In this document: positions 18,585-40,400 of the stretch, piece by piece
Numbering within the stretch: the stretch's first letter is position 1
How the letters are laid out: each line of letters begins with the position of its first letter
Assembly (NCBI GenBank): GCA_965153355.1
Contig: OZ231126.1
Coordinates: 3,968,001-4,032,000 of the forward strand
DNA length: 64,000 nucleotides
Source: Flaccisagitta enflata
Taxonomy: Eukaryota
Direction: 5' to 3'
Notes under the pieces: model-generated
Told to the model about the DNA's origin: nothing
Databases searched by the model: none
Seen by the model: the letters and a program-made list of their open reading frames with translations, nothing else
Program-made: the position numbers and the translations under genes

Positions 18585-20206
18585 GCCTGAGATTCCATCA
18601 GACTCGAAATTCTTGACAACTTGACTTCAGGGAAAGATAAGCATCGTTCGTAACCTGGAACGCTCGTTCTTCTTTGGAGCCTCAACGTCACAATATCCTC
18701 ATCACGTCATCCAACACAGAACTTCAGGTCCTAATCTTTCTTTACCCAGCAATCATCACAGGTCCTACGTGGAGACGCGCTTGAAAGGCGCTTTTCTAAG
18801 GAAGCTTCAGAGCATTCTTATGCCCATTTGCCTGTTGTTTAATTTCTCTATCCTGCAGCCTGGTATCAAATACCCACATTGATTGGATGTGGGTTATAAA
18901 CAATTACTCGGTTGGTTATCAGTTTGAAGTGTTGTCAAATTTGGTAGAAATAAAAGGGAGACTGTTGAGTGCTTCACATTGCAAAAGTTGAGAATATCCT
19001 TTCACCCTGCTTACTTTTTATGTAGAGGTTGATTTTTTTTTATTAGTCTTCGATATTGATATTTTATTACTTGTAAGATAACTCACATAAGAGTGGGATA
19101 AATCAGTATGTGGAAATAATGATTTTTAATTCTATATTATAAAATTATTTATCTGCTTTACATAAATTAAAAAATTGAATAAATACTGTAAAAGAAATTT
19201 CTCTTTCTCATTAAGTTCTCTTGATAACTTTAATCTTAATACAAAAATAGAAAATGAAATAATTTGGAATTTTAAAAATAACCTTCAAGATATTTTTTTT
19301 TATATAATGTAAGCAGGGCAAAGGTATACTTTCAACTTTTGCTCATGAAACACCCAAGAAGGACTGGTTAAGTCACAGTGCACACATGCAGCAAATCTGG
19401 GTAGTCATTTCGCTTGAAATTCTTAATCGATTATAATCTGTTAATGCATACAAAAATTTGCATTTCTAAAAACATAGCCCTTTGCTTATATGTCTTTAGA
19501 ATAAGGCCATGTTTTAAGAAATGCAAATTTTTGCATTCAGAAACAGATTAAGAATTTCACCTAAGACAAATCAAGGAATGGGGATGATTTTCTTTAACTG
19601 ATTTTGTACACATAAACGATTCCCAGTGCAAATAAATCAATAATATATAGTAATAATATATTTAAGTGAAAGTTGCACGGTTGTAGATTTGGCATGATGG
19701 TGAAATTTCCAATGGTCAAATTTCCAATGTTGTACGAAAATGTCTAATCATTTCCATCAGTAATGATAAATTTTCTTTTTAAAAAAAATTGCAAATTAAT
19801 CATTTCAATATTTTTTCTAAAATATGATTTGACCGTAGAAACTGCCCCTTTGTGTGCACCTGGACTTAAAGAGGGGAAGCGATAGAAAGTTGAAATGGGG
19901 AGATAAAAAAATCGCCGCACATCAATGGTATATATCTAGTTTATATCGGGAGGTCGCTTCCGGTTGGTACAGGGTGAGAGAGAGCGACATGCAGAGAGAC
20001 AGACAGAGAGACAGACACAGACACACAGAATCATTTAACGTGACATGACTCGTTCATGCTTGTAAAGGGAAACGTAATTCGAAGCGAGGATCTCATCTGC
20101 TTCTCAGAAGCACGATTTTAACCATGTTTGGTCTATTCATATAGCTTACATTGGTACAGGGACTGATGGAGCTGAGTCTAAACTTTAACTAGTGGCGTTC
20201 GCCATA

Positions 20207-23200
20207 TTGTGTTCCACGAAAACTTGATTGGGCATGAAAAAGAAAGGCAATAATTCATAAAACACTTTTAATATTAATAACCCCACAAATCTGTGTCTAG
20301 ATAATGGCCGCCTGTGGGCGGCCTAACTACCACCTCACTGCCACCTATAGGCACCTCACTGCCGCCTGTGGGCGGTCCCACTGCCGCCTGTGGGCGGTCC
20401 CACTGCCACCTGTGGGCAGTCCCACTGCCGACTGTGGGCGGTCCCACTGCCGACTGTGAGCGTTCCCACTGCCGCTTGTGGGCGGTCCTACTGCCTCCTG
20501 TGGGCGGTCCCACTGCCGCCTGTGGGCGGTCCCACTGCCACTTATGGGTGATCCCACTGCCATATCGGAGAATTCTGGGCTGTGTACCATACATTGGAGT
20601 AAACTAGGTGGTGTGAAATACATGGAAGTATCCTGGGTTGCGTGACATATATCGGAGAAAACTGGGTGGTGTGACATATATCGGAGAAAACTGGGTGGTG
20701 TGATGTACATCGGAGAATTCTAGGTTGTGTGACATACATTGGAGAAGATTGGGTGGTGTGACATACATCAGAGAATTCTGGGCTGTGTGACATACATTGG
20801 AGAAAACTGAGTGGTGTAACATACGTTGGAAAATTCTGGGCTGTTTGACATACATCGGAGAAAACTGGGTGGTGTGACATACATCAGAGAAAACTGGGTG
20901 GTGTGACATACATCGGAAAAAACTGGGTGGTGTGACATACATCGGAGAATTCTGGGCTGTGTGACATACATCGGAGAAAACTGGGTGGTGTGACATACGT
21001 CAGAGAATTCTGGGCTGTGAAATACATCGGAGAAAACTGGGTGGTGTGACGTACATCAGAGAATTCTGGGCTGTGTGACATACATCAGAAAAAACTAGGT
21101 GGCGTGACATACATTGGAGAATTCAGGGCTGTGTGACATACATCGGAGAAAACTGGGTGATGTGATATATATTGGAGAATTCTGGGCTGTGTGACATACA
21201 TCGGAGAAAACTGGGTGGTATGACATACATCAGAGAATTCTTGGCTGTGTGACATACATTGGAGAAAACTGGGTGGTGTGACATACATCGGAGAAAACTG
21301 GGTGGTGTGACATACATTGGAGAATTCTGGGCTGTGTGACATACATCGGAGAAAACTGGGTGGTGTGACATACATCAGAGAATTCTGGGCTGTGTGACAT
21401 ACATTGGAGAAAACTGGGTGGTGTGACATACATCAGAGAATTCTGGGCTGTGTGACATACATTGGAGAAAACTGGGTGGTGTGACATACATCCAAGAATT
21501 CTGGGCTGTGTGACATACCCTGCTTTCAAAAGCGACTGGAACCAGCAAAACCTTTATTGTGCCTAAAGTATTCTTATTAAGAAATCCAGATTGGTTTTGT
21601 CTTTAAGCACATAACCTACCATCTATTCATGCAAAATTTCAATGTTGTGGCTCCAGCAGTTTGGCTTCCACACAGTTTTGAACAAAAATGTGGTGAGCCC
21701 TTTGAAAGGCTCCTCATGAAATTGATTGATAGACTTTCATAACCTTAAAACAGTGTTATTGTCATATGAATCAAATGAAAATAGCCAGATTGGTCTTAGA
21801 ACATAGATATGATTCTAGGTTTATGTATCTCTAGACAAATAAATCAAATTTGTGATATTCATGTAGCAAATCTGAATTTTCCTTTGTTGTTTTGAGGTCT
21901 GACAAGGTTTTTTGTCCCATCAATTGTCAAAGAAGGCCTAAATTTCTTTGAAAACCGTGAGAAATCAAAACTGATGCGACAGGGGGGTCAATTACTACCC
22001 AATTATGACCAATTGGTCATTTCAGCTCAATGTTAATGAAATCAATTTGACTATATTGATGCAAACTTGTTAAAAAATGCAATTTCTGAGCAAAATTTCA
22101 TTAAATTTCATCAAATTTCAAAAGGAGGTGGAAGCCAAACTGCTAGAGCCACTGATACAAAATTTTGCATGAACAAATGGTAGGTTATGTGCTTTTAGAC
22201 AAAACCAATCTAGATTTTTCAAAATTGAAACTTTAAGCATAATAAAGGTTCTACTGGTTCCAGTTGCTTTTGAAAACAGGGTACATCATAGAAAACTAAA
22301 TGGTGTGACATACATTGGAGAATTCTGGGCTCTGTGACATACATCGGAGAAAACTGGGTGGTGTGACATACATAGGAGAATAATGGGCTGTATGACATAC
22401 ATCAGAAAAAACTGGGTGGCGTGACATACATCGGAGAATTCTTGGCTGTGTGACATACATCGGAGAAAACTAGGTGGTGTGACATACATTGGAGAATTCT
22501 GGGTTGTGTGACATACATCGGAGCAAACTGGGTAGTGTGACATACATTGGAGAATTCTGGGCTGTGTGACATACATCGGAGAAAACTGGGTGGTGTGACA
22601 TACATTGGAAAATTCTAGGCTATGTGACATACATCGGATAAAACTGGGTGGTGTGACATACATCAGAGAATTCTGGGCTTTGTGACATACATCGGAGAAA
22701 ACTGGGTGATTTGACATACATTGAGATTTGGGCAGTATGACATACATCGGAGAAAACTGGGTGGTGTGACATACACGAGAAAACTGGCCTGTGACATACA
22801 TTGGAAACTGGGTGAGTTGTGACCTACATCGGAGAATTCTGGGCTGTGTGACATAAACTCTGTGAGAAATACTGGGTGTTGTGTGACATACGTAAGAGAA
22901 TCTGGGTTGTGTGATATATATTGGAGAAAACTGGGTTGTGTGACATACGCACGTACATACGTACATACGTACGTACGGAGAAATTCTGAAACTTTAGTGT
23001 TCCACTATCGTGGAACACAATCAGAGAAAACTGGGTAGTGTGACATACATCAAAGAAAACTGGGTAGTGTGACATACATAGGAGAAAACTGGATGGTGTG
23101 ACATACATCGGAGTATTCTGGACTGTGTGACATACATTGGAGAAAACTGGGCAGTGTGACATATAAATGTGAGAATTCTGGGCTGTGTGACATACATCAG

Positions 23201-23437
23201 AGAAAACTGAGTAGTGTGACATACATCGGAGAATTCTGGGCTGTGTGACATCGGAGAAAACTGAGTAGTGTGACATACATCGGAGAATTCTGGGCTGTGT
23301 GACATACATCGGAGAAAACTGGGCGGTTTGACATACATAGGAGAAAACTGAACTGCAAGTGTGACATACACGTACAAACGGACGAACAAACGGAGAAATC
23401 TGTGGAACTTTGGTGTTCCACTATCGTGGAACACAAC
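20207..23437. mobile_element. HINE-like element carrying 22-bp and 29-bp tandem arrays
   Basis: Inverted motif ttgtgttccacga (20207) / tcgtggaacacaa (~23007 and ~23425). (cactgccgcctgtgggcggtcc)n at 20306-20560. (gtgtgacatacatcggagaaaactgggtg / ...aattctgggct)n at 20563-23370. (acgt)n tract at ~22950. Confidence 0.65.
21518..22281. mobile_element. MITE with long TIRs and TA target-site duplication, nested in the 29-bp array
   Basis: gtgaca-TA-ccctgctttcaaaagcgactggaaccag ... ctggttccagttgcttttgaaaacaggg-TA-catc. It splits a repeat unit at its TA. Confidence 0.9.
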
Positions 23438-23547
23438 AACCCCTTGGTCTATTCATATAGCTTGGGGCTACAACTACTGCTAACAAACTGCTCACTACGT
23501 AATTGTCGGTCTGTGTTTCTCTTTAATTTGTCTCTGTCTGTCTGACA

Positions 23548-23638
<91 letters not shown>

Positions 23639-23871
23639 TCTTTCTCAAGTATTTCTTTTATTTAATTGTTTTACGTATCCAACATTACGTATTCTCTGAT
23701 AAATTGAAACAGGGTGAAGGGGGGGGTATTTAAGCCTTCCGAGCATTCTTTTGGTCCCGCGCAACTTGTCAAAATTATTGTGATTCTTTGCCTGTTTATT
23801 GACCAATTAAAACCGTTATTCATTCAGACAACTTAAGGAAATCGAAGTGCGATTTCATTTTCTCTTGTCTA

Positions 23872-24462
23872 CTATCTAGGAAATAGAAATCTTCCCGCAC
23901 GTTTCAGTCTATAACTCTTGTGAAAATCATCTGACTAAGAAAAAATTGGTGACTAAAATGAAGCTCTTCGAATTTGCAAGCCATCTACGCAAACCGCATC
24001 CTGCTATCTCATTGGGTTTAGAAGTTATCTTAATTTGAATGAAATCATTCCATTTGAAGATTTCTTAATTTGAATTTTTTACAGTAAGTCTTATCCATTC
24101 AAAGTTAAATATCTCCGTTGTTTTTTGATCAATTGACAAAAAATTGGTGGCCAAAATGAAGAGTTTTTCAAGGGGCATCTTTTTCCTTTTTTGCGCAACA
24201 AATTCAGTCCAGCCGTTTAAAAGTTATGATCACTCAAAGATAAAAAGGAGGAAAAAATTTGTTTCATGGAAAAAGGCTGGAAGCCATCACTCCAAAGTAC
24301 CTCCTGATACTTTACAAATTGCTGAACCGGCCATTGGCGGTGATAATTGAGTCAGGGGGAGCCTACATCTATCATTGATCCATTTGCAATCAACAGATAT
24401 ACGTGATCATGTAGATAAATGACATGAATTCATAGGTGGGAAGATTTCTATTTCCTAGATAG
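23872..24462. mobile_element. MITE with 25-bp perfect TIR and TA TSD
   Basis: TA-ctatctaggaaatagaaatcttccc ... gggaagatttctatttcctagatag-TA. Confidence 0.85.
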
Positions 24463-24607
24463 TACTATCTAGCTCACAATTATACCAACATCTGGAAAAA
24501 AAGTATTTACTTTGGGAAAGCATTGCTTCTAAACATACCCCAAATTGGTCCCATTTGACAAAGTTTGAACAGCTCTTTAAAATGCGAATAATCTGTATTA
24601 TGTTTAG

Positions 24608-31277
<6,670 letters not shown>

Positions 31278-32222
31278 CCTTTCATGTCGCTTGAAGTGAT
31301 CAAGGCGATAATGACAATGCGGATGACATTTTTTGTTATTCAACCGGCTCACGTCCATCAACCTGTAATTCTCGCTGCCAAGGAAAGGGCAGAAGCTCAT
31401 CGCCACTGAAACCATGGCGATAACGATGACAACACTAACAACAATGACAAGACTATAGTAACTGTAACAATGTTCCTTGATGGCCAAACTGCTTGCGTCT
31501 CTTCAACCTGTGATTCTCGCTGCCAAGGAAGAGGCTAAAGCTCATCACCTCTAACCTTTAATGACACTGAAGTGACCATGAATGACATTGAGTGAAGTGA
31601 CCACGGCGATGGTGACAATGCGGACGACATTTACCTTGATAGTCAACCCGCTTGCGTCTCTTCAACCTGTAATTCTTGCTGCCAAAGAAGTGGCTAAAGC
31701 TCATCACCACTGAAACAATGGCGAGGATGATGACAATACTAACGACAACGGCAACAAGATAATATCTATATAACAATGCCCCTTGATGGCCAAGCTGCTT
31801 GCATCTTTTCAACCTGTGATTCTCGCTGCCAAGGAAGCAGCTAAAGCTTACATCACTGACTTGTACCCATAATGCCACTTAATGAAGTGACCACGGCGAA
31901 GATGACAATTCGAATGACATTTACGATGGTCAACCCGCTCGCCTTTCGAAAATTAACCTGTGAACCGAAGCTCATTACCACTGACCTGTCATGACACTTT
32001 ATGAAGAGACCATGGCGATGATAACATTTCAGACACAATTTACCTTGATCGCCAACCCGCTCGCATCTCTTTAACCTGTGACCCGAAGCTCATCACCGCT
32101 GACCTGTCATGACACTTTATGAAGTGACCATGGCGATGATAACATTTCAGACACAATTTACCTTGATCGCCAACCCGCTCGTATCTCTTTAACCTGTGAC
32201 CCGAAGCTCATCACCACTGACC
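31278..32222 (+). repeat. Tandem array of 7 degenerate copies of the PAK C-terminal coding end in the 3' UTR
   Basis: caacccgctcgcgtctcttcaacctgtgattctcgctgccaaggaagcggctaaagctcatcaccactga-like units recur every ~120-160 bp after the stop at 31277. The last three are internally shortened. Confidence 0.9.
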
Positions 32223-33217
32223 TCCTACATCGAGTTAGCGAAAACGTCGAGGATTGTACGGACGACGACGACGTCGGCAACAACGATGATTCGAACAATC
32301 ATCAAGTAATGATGGTAGATGGTGGATGGTAGATTGCTCTAAATCAGCGGAAATGACGTCACTCTCCCTCTCTCTCTGCATTCTCATTGATGACAGGACG
32401 TAAGTCGTGAACATGGCTGCAGATAAAAAATTAATTCTGTATTGACGCTTCTCCGCGTTCCATTTGACATTGTATGACACTTCGTCGTAGATGCTTCCAT
32501 CGGATGTACTGCGTGAATACGTGTAGATCTATTTTCGTGATTTTCGCGCGCTAGCTCTATGTTCCACGATTTTCTACGAAATTATTCATGGAAGCCCCTT
32601 TTGGGTCTCGACTTTTACAAAGTTTCCCGACATTTTGAAAGCGTTTTGATTCCGTTGAGATTTATATGGAAATCCTTCATCCTTCCCGACACCCCTACCA
32701 TGCCTCTATATCCCCCCCAAAAGAAGAAAACCTTGTCAAAACGCTTACAAATTCTACAACCAACCAGCAAATACGCGGTACCGTCGCCGCATTTTCTCGT
32801 TATTCCGCGCTTTGCCTTGGAAATCACACTAAATCTAATGCAGAACCTAGACTTGGTTTTCGCCTTCCGTTGTCGGCGTGTTTCATTTGATAGCTCGGCG
32901 CTCAATACTGGCCTAAACCAATGCCCGTACTAAGCGTAACCCTAATGCCTAATTCAATATTTACACACCGTTCCTAGCTTGAAACGGAAACCAATCAACA
33001 ACGATCGTCCTCTAATCTTTTATCCGATAAATTGTTATTAGGCCCTCTTCTTAGATTTTGAAATAAGGACCAGATCTCAATTTCTACCCTTTCTCTCTCT
33101 CTCACACACAACTTCACAAGCCATCTCTCTCGCTCTAAAAACGTTTTGATTCAATTTGTAAGTGATAACCATTAACTTCTCATTCGCTTTCATCTTTCGT
33201 CAACTTTCTCTAGTGCA

Positions 33218-33255
<38 letters not shown>

Positions 33256-34036
33256 CTTTCCTTCCTGCTTTCTTTCTCTTTCCTTCCTGCTTTCTTTCTC
33301 TTTCCTTCCTGCTTTCTTTCTCTTTCCTTCCTGCTTTCTTTCCTTCTCTTTCTTGCTTTCTTTCGATCTCTCTTTCCTCTTTCTTTCACTCTCAGGCTGA
33401 CGCGAAGTTACACTGATGGATTAAATTTAGAAGAGCGACTCATCCGACCTTTTTCTAACCAACCCAGTGACAAATATTCAAGCAATGAATGAATTCAGAA
33501 CGTTTGTTTTAAGAAAGGATTAAAGAATAGATTCCGGATACTAGCGATTTCGCTCATGGTAATTTATGCAAATTTGAAAATTTTGGGATCGTGTTTGGTT
33601 GCTGGTGATAAGCGTAAATTTAGGGAATAAAAAAGTGATCTTTCTTTTGTCATCCGGTCTCACTGAGGAGGTCCAAGTGTGAATCTGACCAAAAACCAAA
33701 AAAAAAAAAAGAGATCGACTGAGAGAAATTACCCAAATGCTCTCTCCCTTAATCGAGATTTGATAATAAATTTGAGAAAAAAATAAAGCTAAAAAGGTTC
33801 TCATATGAAATTGATGTGAAAATCCAAGCTGCTGAGGCTGTGGTGGTGCAAACCCGGCATGAATTGGAGGTCGAACTGACACCTTCGGCCTTCTTAGATG
33901 TTCATTGTTCAGGACTTGATCTTGAGGGTCATATTGTCAGTAGCACTGATGGACAATCCTTATGGTTTCTTCTTCTGTTCATGCTTTCTTGCATCAACTG
34001 AATGTCTGTCAGTTTATGCTCTTTCGGTATTTGTAT

Positions 34037-34075
<39 letters not shown>

Positions 34076-37000
34076 CAATTAAGCTTCCCTCAAGATGATA
34101 GGTCTTTTCACTCGATCATTTTTTGGAAGGTTCCTCTTTTTTCCTTGCTCGTGACCTCCAAGCCTCCATTAAGCATAATTACAGAGATGCGATTTCTCTT
34201 TGAAAATGAACCACCATTTTGGCAATGAAAAAGGAAATGGGTTGTCTAGACGCTGAAACCCATCCTAGGCATTCTTTAATTCTCATCTTAGGTTAAATGG
34301 CCCAACCTCAATAACTCACCGGAAATGCCTCGAGGCTGTTCTACCATCAAGGAAATAAGTTTACTAACGCTGTCAATTTTGAAAGAGTGCTTATTTTGAT
34401 GAAAGTACAAATTAGCTATTGGTTAATAGCTTTAGATTTGTTATATTTGAAACGGGTAAGATAACTTTTCAAAACTGGATCATTCAGTTATTGTAGTTCT
34501 ATTCCTTTTCTTTGCGCTTTGAATCTTATCGCATTTCAATTCCAAAGATACTATTTACTTGGGAAATCTTTCAATATTTGCGCGAATTTTTATTGAAACA
34601 TTTTCTAATTTCTGGTTTCAAAAGAGACTCAAAATAAAAAACAGCAAAATTTCAGAACTGAAAAAGTAAGGAGTTTATTGGCAGTTAAGTATTTCTGATG
34701 CATATAGGAGTAATATCTTTCTAAAGTTAATGCTACTTTTAAAGTTTGGCTAAAGTTTTAAGTGTAGTTATACTTATTTTCAAGATAGCATGACTGTGTT
34801 CTTCATGGCTAGCTGTTAATTGTACCTCATGGCTACCTGTTAATTGTACCGGGCGCTGACGCTGTCATGATGCCGCTGCCGGAATGAATCCACTTCTACT
34901 GGTCAACGGCAAATCATATCCATAAAACCAATCCAAAAATCTCCCGATATGGAACTACATTTTAGCCTGATGGGAACTCCGACTCGAGTAGACAAAAATT
35001 TGATTTGTATATTGATCGTTGTTGCGTCCACAAGTGAGCGACGTCAGACTTATTAGTCGCGTGCACGCGACTTTACAACCCGCTTTGTCCGTCGGCTGGT
35101 CGGTCACGTTTTACTTTTTTTTTTTTTTTTGGCCCCACTTCTCCTGCCCAAATGGTCTAGTGACTTCAAATATGGCCCCTTCCCACCCGCACATGACTAG
35201 GGTAGCGATGTATCCGGCCTTGTTTTTTACCCTTCCCACCGACTGTCTGCTCTTATTAGATACGCGGTTTTCTTAATCAAAAAGTTCATCCTAGGCTATG
35301 TACGTCAAAAGAGGGCAGCTTCTATTACGTCCATCATTTAGTATGAAAATATTTTCCTTTGAATGGGGGGGGGGGGAGACTCATTTTCTTTCTGGCTTTC
35401 TTTCTCTTGCTTTGTTGCCTTTCTTTCTTTTTTCTTTCTTCCTTTCTTTCATTATTTCTTTTTCTCTATGAAATATCGCGGGCGATCGTCTTTCGCCTAC
35501 TTGATCTCAAGCCGAGCCTTCAACATTTCATTCCGCCGATTTTTAAGTTGCGGACACGCAACTCTATAAGAGGCTTTGTCCGTCCGTCGGTTGGTCGGTC
35601 GGTTGGTTGGTCGGTTGGTCCATAGAGGTGATCGAGTCAAAAAGAGGGAAAACTCGCATTTCCGCCCCTGCCCACCCGTCCGCAACTGGTGGCCGTGTAT
35701 CCGGCCTTGTTGAAAAAACACACTGGTTGAAAAAAACTACTAAAAACTGAAGTTGAAAAAACAAGAAATATATCATTGTATAGTGAAAAATGTTGCCTGA
35801 AAGCGGAGATTAGGAATGGCGCAAAGTTGCTGAATTTACACACAAACTGAAAAAAAAATTAGAATTTTTGGTGCTTCTTTTTTATACGATTTTTTTTTTT
35901 CCTGACGATGCAATGCCTCTCTCTCTCTCTCAACTGTCTAGAACTATTTTTCTACGAGCATCATCACACGATCACGCGTTCTCTTTTTTGATTTGCATTT
36001 CATTTTGTGATTTGTCTACTGAGTTGTTTTTTACTATGGTTTGTTTTTATTTCTCTTTCTTTGCGTTTTTACTATCCCGTCCAAAATATGTCAAAACTGT
36101 TATTTAAAGAAATTATTTCCTCGGCTTCCTTTTTTCTACAGCGTACATCCATCATGTTTTTTTTACCGCTTCATTGAAATTCCTCAATGCGTCCATAAAC
36201 ATTATCACTATCATTGTCATCAGCATCATCATTATCATCATTGTCGTCATCATCATTGTAATCGTGTATTTATAGATTTTAATTTCGTTTACCTCGCTGA
36301 CACTTTCGCGCGCTTAAAAAAAAGAATTTATAAACGCAATGGATTCGCTCACAAAATCTTACATCTAGTGATATAACCGATCGAGGGCAGTGATAATCGT
36401 AGAATTCATTAGTAACTAATGATTCTTAATTAGGTAGGATTCGAGAATCGACAGGCCAACAAGGATGAATATGTTCACTCTGTAAAATTGATTTTAAGCT
36501 TAAAGTGATATATTTCATCATGAAATGAGTAGGTACTATTTCAAAAGATGACAATGTTTAAAAAAATCTTCTAAGTCACTTTCAATATGATGGATAACTT
36601 CAATTCAATCGATGAGAAAACTTATATCACAAAGTGTGAACATATTTATCATAGCTGGCCCGCCGTTTCCCGAAATATGCCATTAGCAATGTTGTCACGA
36701 GTGACTCTCGAACCTCCGCGGTAGAATTTTCCCGTAAAAAAGCTGCGAATTTTAATATTTCCTCGTCGCGGAACGCATTTGAACTTAACTCCTGCATATT
36801 CCGAGATGTTGGATCAATTCCAACTTTTAAGCTCGTGTTTATTTTCATTGTAATTAAAAATCCATAGTTGCCAAGATTATGTCCGTCAAATTTCGATTTT
36901 TAAAACGGAAAGAGCGAATATACGAAATGGTTACAAGTTGCAAAAAAAAAGGAAAACTGATCTGTGAACTTTAAAAAAAAAATTATATGAACAATTTCGC

Positions 37001-37435
37001 CTAATGAATGTTTATTTTTATCGAGAAATCTCTTTTTTTGTGTCCTTATTCTTTTAAATGACGTATTATTATTATTTGCGTACAATTGATTAGGTAAGAA
37101 AACAGAACGAAGGAAATCGATTCATGCATGGTGATAATCACACTCGAGAATCAATCAAATCAATCAAAAAGAATAATACAAAAACTTGCTTCCGTGTGTC
37201 AAGAAAACACTATAAAGTATATAAGCAGCTCTCGGTGGAAAAAAAAAAATAAAGCAGCAAGTTCAAATATAAGCAACCAGAAAATCCCTCATTATAGTGA
37301 TTGTAAAAAAAAAAGCCATTCTTTTTTTTTCCCCGTGCGACGGTTGACGTCTAGCAGGAAAAAGCGCGAGAGACGCGAAAAAGTTATCATTTAAAGTATA
37401 GACTCGAGAAAGACACAAAAAAAAACACCGCCACC

Positions 37436-40400
37436 ATGTTGAAGTGGATAAACAGTGACGGGCGTAATAAGAACCCGGAAGTGTTCGAGACGGTGGTCGA
37501 GGGTCTCAAGACCATCTACAAACAGAAGATCTTCCCATTGGAGGAGCATTACCGCTTCCACGACTTCCACTCGCCCGTCCTTCAAGAAGCCGACTTCGAA
37601 GCCAGACCCATGATCCTCTTAGTCGGCCAATATTCCACCGGCAAAACCACCTTCATCAAGTATCTGTTGGAACGGGATTTTCCGGGGATTAGGATCGGAC
37701 CGGAGCCGACCACCGACCGATTCATAGCCGTCATGTACGGAGATCAAGATGGGGTGAGTTGACAAACGAGCTGAGAGAGCGAAGGGCGATGTGTTTCTGA
37801 GTTTGTATATTGGCGATTCATTACTTGGTTGTATGATATTCGAGCTGGAATACAACTGTGAATCGGTTGTGCTCAACTTGCGCAATGCAGACATGAATGC
37901 AGCTTGGCTCGCTAGCATCCGATATCGCGATAGTTGCGACATACCGGAAATTAAATTTCTTTCTTTCGATTCATGTTAATTTTTGATCCTTGGTATTTTT
38001 CCCAGAAAGTAAGTATTGTTGGTATGATATCATTATGTCATGGACTTACACACCCAAACTGTTCTTACCTACCTTTTCAACCAACTTACACGTCATCTTT
38101 TGTCAAAAGTTAGTGTGGATGAATGGGGGAGGGAAGGAGGGAGGGGGGAGCGGTATTTTGCTCAGAAGTTACTCCGTCGAGATAAAAAGGTGAACGTGCC
38201 CCTAAAATGTTACAACTTTGCGTCATCCAAGTTGCCGTCGTTAATCTTTTTGTCCATCTTTCCTAAATTGTGAAATCAACCAAATTCCTCTTGTTACAGC
38301 GTTAACTTGATTCTTATATTAACCCAAATCATCTTTGTAACTTAAATCTAAGCTAATACATTATTGATTTGTCGTAATCAGGTGGTTCCCGGTAACGCGT
38401 TGGTAGTCGACCCAAAGAAGCAATTTCGTCCTTTGTCCAAGTTTGGCAACGCCTTCCTCAACCGGTTCCAGTGCTCACAAGCCAAAAGCGACGTTCTCAG
38501 ATCTATCAGTATTGTCGACACCCCAGGAATCTTGTCAGGTAATTGCATATGAATTGAGCAGGTCATTGTTGGTCTGCTTGATACTTTGTTTGCCGTGTCA
38601 AGTCTCTTAGTGATTGTGATTTACCAGTTATAAGTCGCATATCTAGGATATATTGGATGATTTAGGATCGAGTGTAATCCAGTTTTACCGTAACTCTTTT
38701 GTCAACCCTCGCTTTTGTAAACCCCTCCCCCATTTTGGACGTTGAGGCATGGTGCCGCTTAGGGGTAAACTATGTGGCTCTACTTTGTTTGAACGTTTCG
38801 TGTTCTATGTTGTGACAGTTTTAGAATTTGAAATAAAACACCAAATGAACCTCAATCTCTCTAAACTCTATTAACGTCCCTTTGTCCCATCTCCATCGAC
38901 TCCACTCTTGGCCTAACTTCTCCCCCCTCCCTCCGACCCCACGCCATTTTCTCCGCCCCCCTCACAACATCAAACGACAGGCGAGAAACAGCGCACCGAC
39001 CGCGGCTACAATTTCACGGGCATCCTAGAGTGGTTCGCCGAACGCGTGGACCGCATCTTGCTGCTTTTCGACGCCCACAAGCTCGACATTTCCGACGAAT
39101 TCCGGCGCAGCATCGAAGCTCTCCGCGGCCACGACGACAAAATCCGCATCATCCTCAACAAGGCCGACATGGTGGATCATCAGCAGCTGATGCGCGTCTA
39201 CGGCGCCCTCATGTGGTCCTTGGGCAAAGTCCTGGCCACGCCGGAAGTGGCGCGCGTCTACATCGGCTCGTTCTGGGATCAACCTCTGCATTTCGACGCC
39301 AACCGGAAGTTGTTCGAAGCGGAAGAGCAGGATCTCTTCGGCGACTTGCAGTCTTTGCCACGTAACGCCGCCTTACGGAAGCTCAACGACCTCATCAAAC
39401 GCGCGCGACTCGCCAAAGTCCACGCCTACATCATCAGTCATTTGAAGAAGGAAATGCCGTCCGTGTTTGGCAAAGAGGGCAAGAAGAAGGAGCTCATCAA
39501 CAAGCTGCCCGAAATCTACGAGCAAATCCAACGCGAACATTCGATTTCTCCCGGGGATTTCCCGCCCATCGAACGCATGCAGGAAGTCCTCGAACATCAA
39601 GACTTTAGCAAATTTAACCTCTTGAAACCGAAAATGTTGGAGACGGTGGACAAGATGCTGGCCGAGGACATCGCCAGATTGATGGCGCAAATCCCGCTCG
39701 AAGACGGCGCCAAAACCGGCGGCGAAGTCGAAGGAGGCGCCTTTCAGGTAGGGGGGGGGGGGATCTCTTTAAGTCGTGGAGACGGATGTTTCGGAAGGCG
39801 AGTTCACTCGCCAGTCGATTCGATTATATTTGTACGTCGGTCCATTAGGACTCGTTGAGAAAAACAAGGCCGAATACACGGCTACCCTAGACGCGTGCGG
39901 GTGGGCAGGAGCAGTGTTGGAGACGGTAATCTGGGCAGGAGCCATATGCTCAAAAACGCCTAAAAAGTAAAAGGGGACCAACCGACCGACGGACCGACTT
40001 AGCGGGGTGTAGAGTCGCGTAGCACGCAACTAAAAACGCAACTGCCAGAGGCGTATGACAGTGGACCGCCACGGCCCTGTCTGATGCACCGACTCTGTGC
40101 GTTAAACCTCAAATGAACACAAATCACGCATCTTTATACACGCTTTCTTTATGAGATAAACAATTATTCCCTTGAAACCAATATATGTGAATAACTGCCT
40201 TTATCCCCCCCCCTTCCCCCACCTCTTCCCTCCGCCGCCGCCTTACACGTCCCACCTTTTCTCAAACCAAACCACAAACAGTCTGTCACCGACCCGGAAG
40301 TGTCTCCCTTCGGTTACGGACGCGGCGAGGGCGTCGACGCCGGTCGAGGCGAGACGGATTGGGTCGTCGGCCACGAAAGATACAAATACGACGAAAAGTT

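Noticed and set aside
20563-23370. CRISPR-like 29-bp repeat array
   Set aside because: Units are contiguous with no unique spacers, there are no cas genes, and the context is eukaryotic. It is a minisatellite.
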